DNA of 60,537 nucleotides from Gemmatimonadales bacterium (GCA_041577295.1 JBFGJG010000027.1:1-60537); one strand, 5' to 3'. Positions 1 through 12,243 are shown, numbered from the stretch's first letter. Numbers and translations are program-made. Notes: generated from the sequence alone by a model not told the origin.

Positions 1-242
1 CGGATGATGTACTCGACGGTGAACAACAGCGTGAAGCCCCACTCGATCGTGCGGAGGATGTCGCCGTGGGCCTCTCGCAAGGATCGGACACTCTCCAACA
101 TCACCGTGAAGACGCTCAGGACGATCACCCAGATCAGAATGACGTCGAACATCTTCCCGGCTGGCGTATCGGCCTCGAAGATGATTTCGTGCAACCGCGC
201 GCGCCATCGGGCCCTGGGTACGTTGGATTCTCGTGAGTTCAT
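1..242 (-). CDS. Ion transporter / voltage-gated K+ channel-like protein, N-terminal part (runs off window)
   Basis: Manual translation MNSRESNVPRARWRARLHEIIFEADTPAGKMFDVILIWVIVLSVFTVMLESV...IEWGFTLLFTVEYII is typical of bacterial Ion_trans proteins; GGAG RBS 8 nt upstream of ATG at 242. Confidence 0.85.
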   Translation of the reverse strand, partial: MNSRESNVPRARWRARLHEIIFEADTPAGKMFDVILIWVIVLSVFTVMLESVRSLREAHGDILRTIEWGFTLLFTVEYII

Positions 243-397
243 GACCGTCACTCCGCAATCGCGTGGAGGTAAGGCCCGTACCATATCTGGTGGGGATGAG
301 AGGTCAAGCGGCCTCTACTCGTGGCGCGAAACTGAAACGCAACCCTTTTCGTATAGATCACATCTAAACAGAAAGACCCGAGCCGCAGGTGCCCGCC

Positions 398-2719
398 ATG
401 CACATGACCACAGCCACACCGCGGTCTCAAAGCACTCCGTACCTCGTGGCTGTATTGTCCATCGCGTTCCCCTTAACCGCGGTGGTCAACACCTCGCCGG
501 CGCAGACGGCGAGCGCCGACCCGACCGTCACTCCCGCGGATAGCGGCTTTGTGCCCCAGATGAAACCGACGCTCACCGTCGCGCGCGCGGGGGGACCCAT
601 CGAGATCGATGGTGTATTGGACGATGCTGGCTGGCAGGGAGCATCACGGGCCACGGGGTTTTCCGAGCACTTCCCCGATGAGCGGAGCCGACCCGCGGTG
701 GAGAGCGAGGTGTGGGTCACCTATGATGAGAAGAACCTGTACCTGGCGTTCCTCGCCTTCGACAATCCATCGGGGATTCGCGCCTCGCTCAGAGACCGCG
801 ATGACATGTGGTCGGACGACTATTTCGGTATTCTCCTCGACACCTACGGCGACGCTGCCTGGGCGTACTTCTTGTTCGCCAACCCTCTCGGCGTGCAGGG
901 CGACTCGCGGTTCGCCACCTCAGGCGGGGAGGACGACGGATTCGACATCATCTACCACACCGAGGCGAGAATCACCGAAACGGGCTATCAGATCGAGATG
1001 GCCGTTCCGTTCGCGAGCCTCCGTTTTCCCGATCGCGCAACGCAGACGTGGCGGGCGACCTTCTGGAGGACCCGGCCACGCGGGAGCCGCGAACAACACA
1101 CCTGGGCCGCGCTCGACCGCGACGATCCTTGCTTCTTGTGTCAGTTTGGCACCTTGACCGGCATTCAGGGTGTCCGCCCGGGCGGCGCGCTCGAGGTGTT
1201 GCCATCAGTAGTGGCTTCTCAGGCCGGCGCACTGCGGGACAGCGAAGATCCAGCATCGGGATTCGACAATGGCGGGGTGGACCCCGATCTCTCGGTGGGC
1301 GTGCGTTACGCGTTCTCGTCGGGCCTCACCGCAGAGGGGACGTTCAACCCCGATTTCAGTCAGGTGGAATCGGACGTCGCGCAGATCGACGTCAACACGA
1401 CCTTCGCACTGTTCTTTCCCGAGCGCCGCCCGTTCTTCCAGGAGGGCAGCGACCTGTTCGGCACGTTCTTCGACGTAGTCTATACGCGCCAAATCAACAA
1501 CCCGCAGTTCGCAACGAAGCTCGTCGGTCGCATGGGCCGGACCAACATTGCTTATATGGGCGCTCGCGACGAGGACACCCCCGTACTCCTTCCGTTCGAA
1601 GAACGGAGCTTTGTTGGCAGCGCGGGGAAGAGCTTTTCCAACATCGTCCGCTTTCGTCAAACGTTTGCGAGGGACTCCTACATCGGTGCGATCGCAACCG
1701 ATCGACGGCTCGAGGATGGTGGCGCGGGTACCGTGGCCGGCGTGGACGGGCAGTTCCGGTTCCTTGGGAACTACCGGTTGGAATACCAACTCCTGTTCAG
1801 TCACACCGAGGAGCCCAACGATACCAGCATCACCCGCGGGATCAATACGACCAGGTTCGACGGAGGAAAACACACGGCAGGGTTTGATGGGGAGTCGTTT
1901 TCCGGATTTGCCCAATACACGAGCATCGAACGCTCCGCACGGTTTTGGAACTTTGATCTGGACTATTGGTCTTACTCACCCACGTTCCGCGCGGACAACG
2001 GATTCGAGTTTCGCAACGACCTGCGGCGCGTGAGCTTGTGGCAAGGGTTCTTCTTCTATCCCAACACCAAGGTGATCGATCAGGTCACGCCAACCATTTG
2101 GCTACGCCGGGACTGGAACTTCGACAACGTCGTGAAGCAGACGCAATTCACACCCGGAATCTGGTTCAATCTCACCGGTCAGACGTTCTTGAACGTATGG
2201 TACGATTTTATCGAAGAACGCTTTGCTGATGTGGAGTTCACAGGCATGCAACGATGGGGGATGTTTGTCAATTCCAACTTCAGCGACCCCGTGCGCCTCA
2301 GCCTGTTCGTGTACCACGGTGACCAAATCTTTCGCAACCCCAGCGCGCCATTAGTCGGAACAGCTACGGACCTCGAGCTCTCGGCAACACTCAAGCCGCT
2401 GACTCGGCTCGTCATCCGCCCCTCGTTCAACTACTCGGAGCTCGACGATCCGGCGGGGAACGCCCTGTTCAGCGGCTACATCCTGCGCACGCGAACGAAC
2501 TTCCAGTTCACCCGTGAGCTATTCCTCCGTCTCGTCGTGCAGTACAACGACTTCTCCCAACAGCTGAGCCTCGAGCCGCTCCTCACCTACAAGGTGAATC
2601 CGTTCACGCTGTTCTTTATCGGGTCCACGCACGCGTACCAGGACTTCGATCGACCTCACCAGTTTGCACAGACCTCGCGGCAACTGTTCGCCAAGTTCCA
2701 GTATCTGTTCCGGCGGTAG
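398..2719 (+). CDS. Exported CBM9-like/DUF5916 outer-membrane protein
   Basis: Signal peptide; IEIDGVLDD..W CBM9-like start; NPDFSQVESD and FFPERRPFFQEG DUF5916-type motifs; aromatic beta-strand C-terminus; start codon uncertain (389/398/404). Confidence 0.85.
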   Translation: MHMTTATPRSQSTPYLVAVLSIAFPLTAVVNTSPAQTASADPTVTPADSGFVPQMKPTLTVARAGGPIEIDGVLDDAGWQGASRATGFSEHFPDERSRPAVESEVWVTYDEKNLYLAFLAFDNPSGIRASLRDRDDMWSDDYFGILLDTYGDAAWAYFLFANPLGVQGDSRFATSGGEDDGFDIIYHTEARITETGYQIEMAVPFASLRFPDRATQTWRATFWRTRPRGSREQHTWAALDRDDPCFLCQFGTLTGIQGVRPGGALEVLPSVVASQAGALRDSEDPASGFDNGGVDPDLSVGVRYAFSSGLTAEGTFNPDFSQVESDVAQIDVNTTFALFFPERRPFFQEGSDLFGTFFDVVYTRQINNPQFATKLVGRMGRTNIAYMGARDEDTPVLLPFEERSFVGSAGKSFSNIVRFRQTFARDSYIGAIATDRRLEDGGAGTVAGVDGQFRFLGNYRLEYQLLFSHTEEPNDTSITRGINTTRFDGGKHTAGFDGESFSGFAQYTSIERSARFWNFDLDYWSYSPTFRADNGFEFRNDLRRVSLWQGFFFYPNTKVIDQVTPTIWLRRDWNFDNVVKQTQFTPGIWFNLTGQTFLNVWYDFIEERFADVEFTGMQRWGMFVNSNFSDPVRLSLFVYHGDQIFRNPSAPLVGTATDLELSATLKPLTRLVIRPSFNYSELDDPAGNALFSGYILRTRTNFQFTRELFLRLVVQYNDFSQQLSLEPLLTYKVNPFTLFFIGSTHAYQDFDRPHQFAQTSRQLFAKFQYLFRR

Positions 2720-2775
2720 CCGCGACGCCCTTTGCCTCTTCTGGCCTCACCTTTCCTGAGTAGCAGCTTGGCCCG

Positions 2776-2804
2776 TTGACGCCCGCCGCTTGCCCGTCTA
2801 CAAT
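2776..2804 (+). promoter_or_regulatory. sigma70-type promoter for the mscS-family gene
   Basis: TTGACG-17 nt-TACAAT, about 50 nt upstream of ATG 2854. Confidence 0.6.
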
Positions 2805-2853
2805 CGCTTAACCAAGCGACCAACCATCTCAACCCCACGCGCCAAGTGACACG

Positions 2854-3921
2854 ATGGAATTCCTGAATCAGACTCTGTATGGCAACACCCTGCAAACCTG
2901 GGCAATCGCCCTCGGTGTCGCGGCAGCAGTATTCGTGGCGCTTCGCCTGATTGAAGAGGTGCTCATCGTTTGGATCGAGAAGATCACCAAGCGCACCAAA
3001 ACACAGTGGGATGACCTGGTCGTACATGCCCTGCGCGGTACCAAGTCGATCTTCCTGTTGATCGTCGCATTGTTTGCCGGCGCCATCGTGCTCGATCTCC
3101 CAGACGCCGTTGGCGGAATCATACGGACCGTGACGATCATCGCCGTGCTCGTGCAGGGTGGTATGTGGATCAGTGCCGGCTTGATGTTTTGGATCCACAG
3201 CCACCGGGAGAAGTTGGTCGAGGAGGATGCGGCGAGTGCCATGACGATCAACGCCATCGGCTTCGTCGTTCGGCTCGCCCTCTGGTCAGTTGTCCTGTTG
3301 CTGGCGCTCGACAACCTGGGCGTGGACGTCACCGCGTTGGTTGCCGGCCTCGGCGTAGGCGGCATCGCCGTTGCACTCGCAGTGCAGAACATTCTTGGTG
3401 ATCTCTTCGCATCGCTTTCGATCGTGCTGGATAAGCCATTCGTGATCGGCGACTTCATCATCGTGGGCGAACTACCGGGAACCGTAGAGAACATCGGCGT
3501 GAAGACCACGAGGGTGCGAGCGCTCTCTGGCGAGCAGCTCGTGTTCTCCAACGCCGATCTCCTCAGCAGCCGCATTCGCAACTACGGCCGAATGTATGAG
3601 CGACGTGTCCCCTTCACCATCGGCGTGACGTACGAGACCTCACGTGACAACCTCGCGAAGATCCCAACGATCGTGCGGGAGGCCGTGGAATCGCAGGAAA
3701 ACACGCGATTCGACCGCTGTCACTTCAAGTCGTACGGCGACTTTTCGCTCAACTTCGAGACCGTGTACCACGTGCAGGATCCATCCTACAACGTGTACAT
3801 GGACATTCAGCAGGCCATCAACCTCAAACTGCACGAGCGATTCGAAGCGGAAGGCATCGAATTCGCCTACCCTACGCAGACGCTCTTCGTCGTCAAGCAG
3901 GACGCGGAGACGGCGCGCTAA
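2854..3921 (+). CDS. mscS: Small-conductance mechanosensitive channel family protein
   Basis: LVAGLGVGGIAVALAVQNILGDLFAS, DKPFVIGDFI and GIEFAYPTQ motifs. Confidence 0.95.
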   Translation: MEFLNQTLYGNTLQTWAIALGVAAAVFVALRLIEEVLIVWIEKITKRTKTQWDDLVVHALRGTKSIFLLIVALFAGAIVLDLPDAVGGIIRTVTIIAVLVQGGMWISAGLMFWIHSHREKLVEEDAASAMTINAIGFVVRLALWSVVLLLALDNLGVDVTALVAGLGVGGIAVALAVQNILGDLFASLSIVLDKPFVIGDFIIVGELPGTVENIGVKTTRVRALSGEQLVFSNADLLSSRIRNYGRMYERRVPFTIGVTYETSRDNLAKIPTIVREAVESQENTRFDRCHFKSYGDFSLNFETVYHVQDPSYNVYMDIQQAINLKLHERFEAEGIEFAYPTQTLFVVKQDAETAR

Positions 3922-4125
3922 CGCAGCAAGAGGAAGAGAACGAGAAGCATGAAGGCCAGCACACTTCCGATGGCGACCCACCGTCTAACCCGACGGCTGG
4001 CGGACGTCGGGTCGTGCCGGGGGGCCGGAACCAGGACGCGTGGGGGCTTCCGCTTCTCATCCGCTGCCAACGGACCACTCCAGATGGCTGATGATGACGT
4101 GTCTGGAATCTAAGGACCTGTAACC

Positions 4126-4536
4126 GTGATCGACGACCGTGGGGCGGACCTGGAGCGCATCCCCGCCAATCGCCTCTTTGGATGGACATACGGAGATCGA
4201 TCGAGCGACGGTGCCGAGATGATACTCCCGTTGCGACCTGAATTCGTGCAACGCGAGGGCATCGTCCACGGTGGCGTCGTCACCGCCTTGGCGGACACCG
4301 CCGCGGTGTACGCGCTCGTGGCCGATCTGCCAGACCATCACGCCCTGACGAGCGTGGAGCTCAAGATCAACTTCTTACGACCGGTCCGGCCCGACGGAGG
4401 GGATATGGTCGCGCGATCGACCGTGGTCAAACGCGGACGCCGTGTGGCCGTTTGTCGCGTCGACATCTTGCAAGGCGACCAATTGGCCGCGACGGGTATG
4501 TTTACCTACTTGATCTACGAGCGGGAGAGCAGTTAG
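4126..4536 (+). CDS. PaaI family (hotdog) thioesterase
   Basis: GIVHGGVVTALADTA and ELKINFLRP motifs. Confidence 0.9.
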   Translation: MIDDRGADLERIPANRLFGWTYGDRSSDGAEMILPLRPEFVQREGIVHGGVVTALADTAAVYALVADLPDHHALTSVELKINFLRPVRPDGGDMVARSTVVKRGRRVAVCRVDILQGDQLAATGMFTYLIYERESS

Positions 4537-5510
4537 CGCGTTCGGCGACAGGCTTCGTAATCCCACAAATCTGCCGGGGAAACCAACCTGATGCCCCGAT
4601 CGTCGATCACGCGCTTGACCGCCGGATCCTGCCAGACTCGTCGGGTCGCGTCGCGACCTCTAGCGAGACGAGGTCCCCACTCACTGTCCACCGCACGAAG
4701 TTCGGGAGTATCGTGTGCAGGATGACCGATGTAGCGCCAAACACCCGGCGTGAGCGATTCGAGCATCTCGATCACAACTCGGGTTCCCGCCTCCGTGGAA
4801 TTTTGCACATCCTCGAGGTTGACCTCGCGCTCGCCAAGCAAGCCTTGCTCGGGAATCGGGACGCATAGCTCAGCAGCCAGTCGCTGCACGATGGGGAGGA
4901 GCTGACGACACGCCATGCCCATGTGGCAATCCAGGTAATCGACGCGGATTCCCGAATCCTGTGCATAACGGATCTGGGCCCGAAGCTCTCGTTCCACTTC
5001 TGCCGAGTCGGGCGGCCCACTGGTCCAAAAGGGGCGATGCGCGGCTGAAAGACCTGGATCATCGACAAAGTAGCCTCCACCCCACATCGCCCCGTCTGGG
5101 GCCACGAGACTGCCGGTCTCGGTGTGCGGAAGCACCGGTGACCATCGTAACCGGTCGAACTCGCTCGTGATCGTGAGATGAACGCCCACCCGCCACTGCG
5201 GATTGGCACGCACGAGCGCGGCGGCTTCGCGAAACCACGGTCCCGGAACCAGCATGCTCGCAGATGTCATGATGCCCTCAGTAAACGACTCCTCGAGAGC
5301 CATGTTGGCCGCATGAGTAGCACCAAAATCATCACCCCGCACAATCAGGAGGATCTGCTGGTCGGGTGGCAGATCAACGGGGGGGCGAGGCCGTCCACCC
5401 CGAGCGCAGGCGAGTGGCGCCAACACCAGCGCCCACAACGCAAAGCGAGCCAATCGCATGGCGCCAAACATAATAAGGAAGGCGACCTCCGCGTGATCCT
5501 TCACGCGCAC
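4533..5510 (-). CDS. ChbG/YdjC family carbohydrate deacetylase, probably exported/lipoprotein
   Basis: RGDDFG, GVHLTITSE, YLDCHMG and GHPA motifs; hydrophobic N-terminus with LAC; true start may be downstream. Confidence 0.85.
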   Translation of the reverse strand: MRVKDHAEVAFLIMFGAMRLARFALWALVLAPLACARGGRPRPPVDLPPDQQILLIVRGDDFGATHAANMALEESFTEGIMTSASMLVPGPWFREAAALVRANPQWRVGVHLTITSEFDRLRWSPVLPHTETGSLVAPDGAMWGGGYFVDDPGLSAAHRPFWTSGPPDSAEVERELRAQIRYAQDSGIRVDYLDCHMGMACRQLLPIVQRLAAELCVPIPEQGLLGEREVNLEDVQNSTEAGTRVVIEMLESLTPGVWRYIGHPAHDTPELRAVDSEWGPRLARGRDATRRVWQDPAVKRVIDDRGIRLVSPADLWDYEACRRTR

Positions 5511-5626
5511 CTTGTGACGTCCCTCACGGGGCTTCGGCCGCTGTCGAGTTAACTAACAGCGTCGCGAGGGAGCGTTCAGCTCATCAGGGTCGGGTGTGTA
5601 CACAAGTGACAACGTGGAAAGCGGCT

Positions 5627-6229
5627 ATGACTGGATCACACTTACGGGTTTTCGCCAGCGCGCTCATCGTCGCGGTTCTCTCGCTGGCTGCGACGGAGAC
5701 GCTGGTGGCGCAGAATGGTGCAGGACACGGGCGACAAGGTCTTTGGCTCGGAGCCGGTCTGGGGGTCGGCTTTGCTCGAGCGCGTTGTGACCTATGCACG
5801 AACAATCGTGATGGTGGACTCTCTGGCCACGCTCGGGTGGGCGGCACCATCACGTCGGGGTTCTTGTTGGGTGTCGAGGGGGACGGGTGGCGTCATCAGA
5901 ACGAGGGCGTCGACCTGGGCTTTGGTGCACTCCACGCCGTGGCCCTGTGGTATCCCAGCCCACGAGGCACACCGTGGTTTCTCAAGGGGGGGTTTGGCTT
6001 CGTCGGGTACCGAGTCGACGGGGGTGCTGACGTCGAGGCAATCACCGCCAGCAGCTTTGGCGGCCAATTCGGCGCCGGTTACGATCTGCGGGTTACGCGA
6101 AACGTGTCGCTGACTCCGCAGTTCACGTTCGTCGGGTCGCTGTTCGCAAATCTGGAATCGGAAGGACAACGCCTGGCGGACGTGACCCTGACGCTGATTC
6201 AGTTCGGGATGGGAGTAACGGTGCATTAG
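5627..6229 (+). CDS. Outer-membrane beta-barrel protein
   Basis: Signal peptide; alternating Gly/aromatic strands (GLWLGAGLGVG, FGAGYDLRV); C-terminal strand QFGMGVTVH; CDLC loop. Confidence 0.75.
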   Translation: MTGSHLRVFASALIVAVLSLAATETLVAQNGAGHGRQGLWLGAGLGVGFARARCDLCTNNRDGGLSGHARVGGTITSGFLLGVEGDGWRHQNEGVDLGFGALHAVALWYPSPRGTPWFLKGGFGFVGYRVDGGADVEAITASSFGGQFGAGYDLRVTRNVSLTPQFTFVGSLFANLESEGQRLADVTLTLIQFGMGVTVH

Positions 6230-6300
6230 AGGAATCGAGGGGAAAGCGGGGGTAGCGGTCTGCGCGGAGCGCCCTCCCCCTGAGATATTCTCTATCCCAT

Positions 6301-7002
6301 CTAAACGCTCCGGAGTAGCCCTGGTACTTCCCTGATGCTCGCTGCGCGGAGGAAGCGGTAGCGCGCGGCGACGTCCTGCGGCACGTGCTCGTGCGCCCAT
6401 GGGGTCTGATAGGGCACGTGGATGGCGTGACCACCGACCTCGACCACCGGAAGAACGTCCGACCGTAGAGAATCGCCGATCATCACGAAGCGGGATGGGA
6501 TGACGCCTAGCTTGTCCGTGACCGCGGCGTAAGCGGCTGGGGTCTTCGTGCTGACGATCTCGACATGGTCGAAGTGATCCCCCAGACCTGATCGAGCAAT
6601 CTTGGACTCCTGATCGAACAAATCACCTTTCGTTACGACCACCAACCGGTACGATCCCGTCAGCGATCTGATCGTGTCCTCCACGTGATCGAGCAGTTGA
6701 ACCGGTGACCGGAGCATATCCTTGGCGAGCTCGATGATGCGGTGTATCTCATTGCCGTTGATCCGGCCCTCGGTGAGCTCAACCGCGGTTTCGATCATCG
6801 ACAGCGTGAAACTCTTGATCCCGTAACCGTAGTGCTCGAGGTTCCGCATCTCGGTGTCGTAGAGTCGCTCGTCGATCCACTCCGCTGAGTGATACCGCTG
6901 GAGCAGCTCACAAAACCGATTCTTGGCCTCGACGAACACCGGCTCATTGTGCCACAGGGTGTCGTCGGCATCGAATGCGACCACGTCGACGGTGGAGCTC
7001 AT
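6301..7002 (-). CDS. HAD family hydrolase
   Basis: FDADDTLW motif I, TKGD, MIGDSLRSD. Confidence 0.93.
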   Translation of the reverse strand: MSSTVDVVAFDADDTLWHNEPVFVEAKNRFCELLQRYHSAEWIDERLYDTEMRNLEHYGYGIKSFTLSMIETAVELTEGRINGNEIHRIIELAKDMLRSPVQLLDHVEDTIRSLTGSYRLVVVTKGDLFDQESKIARSGLGDHFDHVEIVSTKTPAAYAAVTDKLGVIPSRFVMIGDSLRSDVLPVVEVGGHAIHVPYQTPWAHEHVPQDVAARYRFLRAASIREVPGLLRSV

Positions 7003-7048
7003 TGGATGGGAATCGAGTCGGCCTGGTTGGGATTCCGACGGTCCAGCG

Positions 7049-7420
7049 TCACTCCGTCGTGAAGCTCACCCCGCAACCGCATCCGCCCGTGGCGTTCGGG
7101 TTCTGGAAGACAAATCGGGACTCCTGAAGAGAGGACACCCAGTCGACAGCGAGCCCATGGACGTGCGGCGCGCTGAACTCGTTGACGAAGACCCGCGTCC
7201 CGTTGAACTCATACACCGTGTCATCAACCTCCGGTGCCTCGACGACCTTGACGTCATAATTGAGTCCGGAGCACCCGCCCTCCACAACGTGGACACGCAG
7301 CCCGGCATCCTCCGTGGAGTAGTCGAGTTGATCCGCGATCCAACGGACGCGCTGCGCGGCCGCATCGGTAAGCGTGAGTGTGAATTGCCCATCTGACAAC
7401 CGTATGCTCGATCCGTTCAC
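7049..7420 (-). CDS. iscA: A-type Fe-S carrier (IscA/HesB/SufA family)
   Basis: GGCSGLNY and NPNATGGCGCGVSF motifs. Confidence 0.93.
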   Translation of the reverse strand: MNGSSIRLSDGQFTLTLTDAAAQRVRWIADQLDYSTEDAGLRVHVVEGGCSGLNYDVKVVEAPEVDDTVYEFNGTRVFVNEFSAPHVHGLAVDWVSSLQESRFVFQNPNATGGCGCGVSFTTE

Positions 7421-7559
7421 AGCAAACCTCTTTCCTCTCTCCCTATAGGAATTCTAGAAACTTCGGAGCGGTTCCTCAAGCCGCACCTTGCAATTCCCAC
7501 CATAACACTCTACGCTGCCAGAGAAACCCAATCGATCACCACCCAGAGATTGCCGACGG

Positions 7560-10500
7560 ATGGCCACCACCGCCGACCCGAAACACACCAACCGACTGAT
7601 TCACGAGACCAGTCCCTATCTGCTGCAGCACGCCCACAACCCCGTGGCGTGGTATCCCTGGGGTGCCGAGGCGCTGGACCGGGCCCGTCTCGAGGACAAG
7701 CTCATTCTGCTGTCCATTGGCTACTCTGCGTGCCACTGGTGTCACGTCATGGAGCGCGAGTCCTTCGAGGACGAAAAAATCGCCGCCATCATGAACGAGC
7801 ACTTCGTCAATATCAAGGTCGACCGTGAGGAACGTCCGGATCTGGACGACATCTACATGGCGGCCACCATCGCGATGAACTACGGCCAAGGGGGATGGCC
7901 GATGACGGTGTTCATCACACCGGATCTCGAACCGGTCTTCGCCGGCACGTACTTCCCGCCGGAAGACCGCTACGGTCGACCGGGATTCGCGACGTTGCTG
8001 ACCAGCATCGCAAGAGCGTGGCGCGAGGACCGCGAGCAACTGCTCGAGACGGCCACGCAGCTGGTGGCACATCTCCGGGAACAACAAGACCCTGGTCAAG
8101 CGCTCACGGTGGGCGAGGAAGAGCTTCGCGCGGCACTCAGCCAGTTCGCGGAAGATTTCGATAGCACGCATGGCGGGTTCGGATCCGAGCCAAAGTTCCC
8201 ACCTGCGACCGCCCTATCCCTACTGCTTCGTTTGCACCGCCGCTTCGACGATCCCCAAGCGCGCCTCATGGTGCAGAAGACGTTGTACGCCATGGGCCAG
8301 GGTGGAATCTACGATCAGATCGGTGGAGGGTTTCACCGGTATGCGACCGACCGGCGTTGGCTGGTGCCCCACTTCGAGAAGATGTTGTACGACAACGCGC
8401 TACTGACCAAGGTGTATCTCGAAGCCTACCAGGTTTCGGGAGATCCGTTTTACCGGCGGATCGCCAGCGAGGTACTCGATTACCTCCTGCGCGACATGAC
8501 CGCCCCGGACGGCGGCTTCTACTCATCAACCGACGCTGACTCCGAGGGCGAAGAGGGAAAGTTCTTCGTCTGGAAGCCCGAGGAGATCGTTGCCGTTCTC
8601 GGTGAGGAAGAGGGTCGCCGGTTCGCGGCATACTACGACATCACCCCGCGCGGCAACTGGGAGGGTACGAACATCCCGAACACACCACGGTCCGTCGCTG
8701 CGGTCGCGCAGGAGCTGGGAATCACGCCGCCGGACTTAGAACGCAGCCTGGATGCCGCCCGTCCGCGCATGTTCCAGGATCGCGCCAACCGTACACCGCC
8801 CGGATTGGATGACAAGATCCTCACGGCGTGGAACGGACTGGCCATCGGCGCGTTTGCCGATGGCTACCGCGTGCTGGGAGAACGCCGTTACTTGGATGCG
8901 GCGGCCAACGCGGCCGCCTTCATCAGAGCCCGATTGCAGGACGAGTATCAGCGGCTGCTGCGCACCTTTGGAAAGGGACGTGCCCACCTTGCGGCGGTGC
9001 TCGAAGACTACGCGTACCTCGCGGAAGGCCTGATCGATCTCTACGAAGCCTGTGGCGACACGACGCACTTGACGGAAGCCGCCCGTCTGTTGGAGATCGT
9101 ACTGTCCGAGTTTGCTGATCCCGACACCGGTGCCTTCTTCAGCACCGGACATCATCATGAACAACTCATCATCAGGCAACGGGACGGAACGGATGGCGCG
9201 ACGCCCTCCGCGAACGCCGTGACCGCGGCGGCGCTGGCGCGTCTTTCCTTCCACCTCGGACGCGACGACCTCCGGGAGGCGGCAGTTGCCGCGATTCGCG
9301 CGTTTGGTCGGTCCGTGAGAAGACACCCCCGCGCGTTCGCCAAGAGTCTGATTGTGGTCGACTTCCTGTTGGATGGTCCCATAGAGCTCGCGATCATTGG
9401 CCACGAAGGCAACAAAGATCGCGACGCGCTGTGCCGGGAGGTCGCGAAACACTATCTGCCCAATCGAATTCAAGCGATCCACGACCCGACGCGCGCGGAA
9501 GGGGGTGACGAACTCCCGCTGGTTACTGGGAAATCACTCGTGGAGGGTCGCGCGGCGCTTTACGTGTGCCGGGACTACGCGTGTCGCAAACCCATAACCG
9601 ACCCCGCACAGGTCGCCAATGCCCTGGCCGCTCAGCGGGACATCGCATCCGGTCCGAAGACCATCGCCACCCCGCTGGCTGGGAGGGCAACGGGGGAAGG
9701 CACGTCCCGATATGCCGCACGGTACGACGGACACCGGTTCGAGCGCCTTGGCAGAACCGACCTCGTCTCCGGGCGCGTGGGGTTTGGCGGCTACCGGGTC
9801 CACGACGACGTAGACGAACACCGCGAAGCACTGACCCGCTCGCTCCTCGCCGGTGCAAACTTGATCGACACGTCCACCAACTACGCGGACGGTGGCAGCG
9901 AACGGTTGGTCGGTTCCGTCCTGCGAAGCCTCGTGGACGCTGGTGAGATCGCGCGAGACGAAGTGATCGTGGTTTCCAAGATCGGCTACGTCCAGGGCCA
10001 GAACTTCGAGTTGGCCGCCGCACGGGAGGCCCACGGCGATCCGTTTCCGGAGATGGTCAAGATGGAGGACGGGCTGTGGCATTGCATCCACCCAGACTTT
10101 CTCCGAGACCAGCTCCAGCGGGCGCTTGATCGCCTCGAGATGGAGACGCTCGATGTCTGCCTGCTGCACAACCCCGAGTACTTCTTGATGCATGCTGCAC
10201 GTGAAGGCCGTCCGCTCCCCGACGCGCGACACGAGTTCGACCGGCGCCTCGAGCAGGCCTTCAGCTTCTTTGAAGAGGCGGTGCGCGAGGGGCTCGTGGG
10301 CTGCTACGGCGTCTCCTCGAACACGGTGACAGCACCGACGACCCGCCCAGACGCCACTGCGCTTCCCATGATGCTCGAAGCAGCGGTGCGTGCCGGCGGC
10401 AACCAAAACAGATTCGCCGTCCTGCAGTTGCCGCTGAATCTGCTGGAATCTGACGCCGTACTCGAGCCCAACTGCGGGCCCGATGCCTCCCACTCTGTGC

Positions 10501-11183
10501 TCGAGGTGGCCCGTGAGACGGGAGTAGCCGTACTCGTCAACCGTCCCCTCAACGCGTTCGCGAGATCGGCGCTCGTGCGTCTCGCTGATGTGCAGGTCGA
10601 CGATGAGGCCATCGACTTCGACGCTCAGGCCACCAGAGTCGCTGGCTTGGAAAAAGCATATCGGGAAGCGATTGCACCACACATACGCGTGCGTGGTGAT
10701 GCAGTGGACGCGGCGGATTTTTTCCGTTGGAGCGACCACCTCCTCGCAGCCCGTCCGCGGATTCAGAGCCTCGAGCAGTGGGCACAGGTCGTGGGGCAGA
10801 TCACCGGACGCGTGCGCCAACTCGCGTCGTTGCTCGACCAGCATCTCGAGGGCGAGGTAGCCACCCACTGGGCTGCCTGGCGAGAGCAGTACCTCCCCGA
10901 GCTCGAGAGTTTGATGCGAGAGCTGCGCCGCGAGACAGCCGAACGCGCGCACCGGCAAAGCGTGGCTGTCAGTGCGGCCATCGACTCACTGCTGCCAGCC
11001 AAACGCCGCAAGGTCCCGCTCTCCCAGAAAGCATTGTGGGTGGTGGCGAGCACGCCCGGTGTGAGCTGCGTTCTGGTCGGCATGCGCCGCGTGGAATACG
11101 TTGAAGACGCATTGACGATCACTACATGGCCACCGCTTGGCGACGTGGTGCCGGTGTACCGCGCAGCCACGGGTTTGGCTTGA
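7560..11183 (+). CDS. YyaL/SSP411-like thioredoxin plus six-hairpin domain protein fused to an aldo/keto reductase
   Basis: [26 protein letters not shown] and [11 protein letters not shown] in the first ~690 aa; then AKR motifs GFGGYR, IDTSTNY, VSKIG, LLHNP, VLVGMR. Confidence 0.9.
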   Translation: MATTADPKHTNRLIHETSPYLLQHAHNPVAWYPWGAEALDRARLEDKLILLSIGYSACHWCHVMERESFEDEKIAAIMNEHFVNIKVDREERPDLDDIYMAATIAMNYGQGGWPMTVFITPDLEPVFAGTYFPPEDRYGRPGFATLLTSIARAWREDREQLLETATQLVAHLREQQDPGQALTVGEEELRAALSQFAEDFDSTHGGFGSEPKFPPATALSLLLRLHRRFDDPQARLMVQKTLYAMGQGGIYDQIGGGFHRYATDRRWLVPHFEKMLYDNALLTKVYLEAYQVSGDPFYRRIASEVLDYLLRDMTAPDGGFYSSTDADSEGEEGKFFVWKPEEIVAVLGEEEGRRFAAYYDITPRGNWEGTNIPNTPRSVAAVAQELGITPPDLERSLDAARPRMFQDRANRTPPGLDDKILTAWNGLAIGAFADGYRVLGERRYLDAAANAAAFIRARLQDEYQRLLRTFGKGRAHLAAVLEDYAYLAEGLIDLYEACGDTTHLTEAARLLEIVLSEFADPDTGAFFSTGHHHEQLIIRQRDGTDGATPSANAVTAAALARLSFHLGRDDLREAAVAAIRAFGRSVRRHPRAFAKSLIVVDFLLDGPIELAIIGHEGNKDRDALCREVAKHYLPNRIQAIHDPTRAEGGDELPLVTGKSLVEGRAALYVCRDYACRKPITDPAQVANALAAQRDIASGPKTIATPLAGRATGEGTSRYAARYDGHRFERLGRTDLVSGRVGFGGYRVHDDVDEHREALTRSLLAGANLIDTSTNYADGGSERLVGSVLRSLVDAGEIARDEVIVVSKIGYVQGQNFELAAAREAHGDPFPEMVKMEDGLWHCIHPDFLRDQLQRALDRLEMETLDVCLLHNPEYFLMHAAREGRPLPDARHEFDRRLEQAFSFFEEAVREGLVGCYGVSSNTVTAPTTRPDATALPMMLEAAVRAGGNQNRFAVLQLPLNLLESDAVLEPNCGPDASHSVLEVARETGVAVLVNRPLNAFARSALVRLADVQVDDEAIDFDAQATRVAGLEKAYREAIAPHIRVRGDAVDAADFFRWSDHLLAARPRIQSLEQWAQVVGQITGRVRQLASLLDQHLEGEVATHWAAWREQYLPELESLMRELRRETAERAHRQSVAVSAAIDSLLPAKRRKVPLSQKALWVVASTPGVSCVLVGMRRVEYVEDALTITTWPPLGDVVPVYRAATGLA

Positions 11184-11210
11184 CAATTCCGAGTAATTTT
11201 GTCCTATTTT
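11180..11210 (+). promoter_or_regulatory. Possible promoter with overlapping palindromic operator upstream of sulfurtransferase-IscU
   Basis: TTGACA followed by an AT-rich tract; inverted repeat GACAA(11182-86)...TTGTC(11199-203); -10 spacing is non-optimal. Confidence 0.35.
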
Positions 11211-11335
11211 CAACCTTGCGGTTCAACGCCGCCGACCGATGTGTAGCCTGATGCCGGTCTCCAGCAGGCGTCTTCGCGCTCGCGCCCTCAGCCCGGTCCA
11301 CTGGTCAACGCGCTCAGCACTCGAGGAGGGTTCCC

Positions 11336-12226
<891 letters not shown>

Positions 12227-12243
12227 AGGGGATAGAAGGACTA

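Noticed and set aside
3949..4113. 54-aa ORF between mscS and the thioesterase
   Set aside because: No recognisable motif and weak RBS; may be spurious in GC-rich DNA
9534..10958. Long antisense or alternative-frame ORFs (this one, 808-1887, 39991-41130, 41749-43014 and others)
   Set aside because: Shadows of well-supported genes, expected from high-GC codon bias
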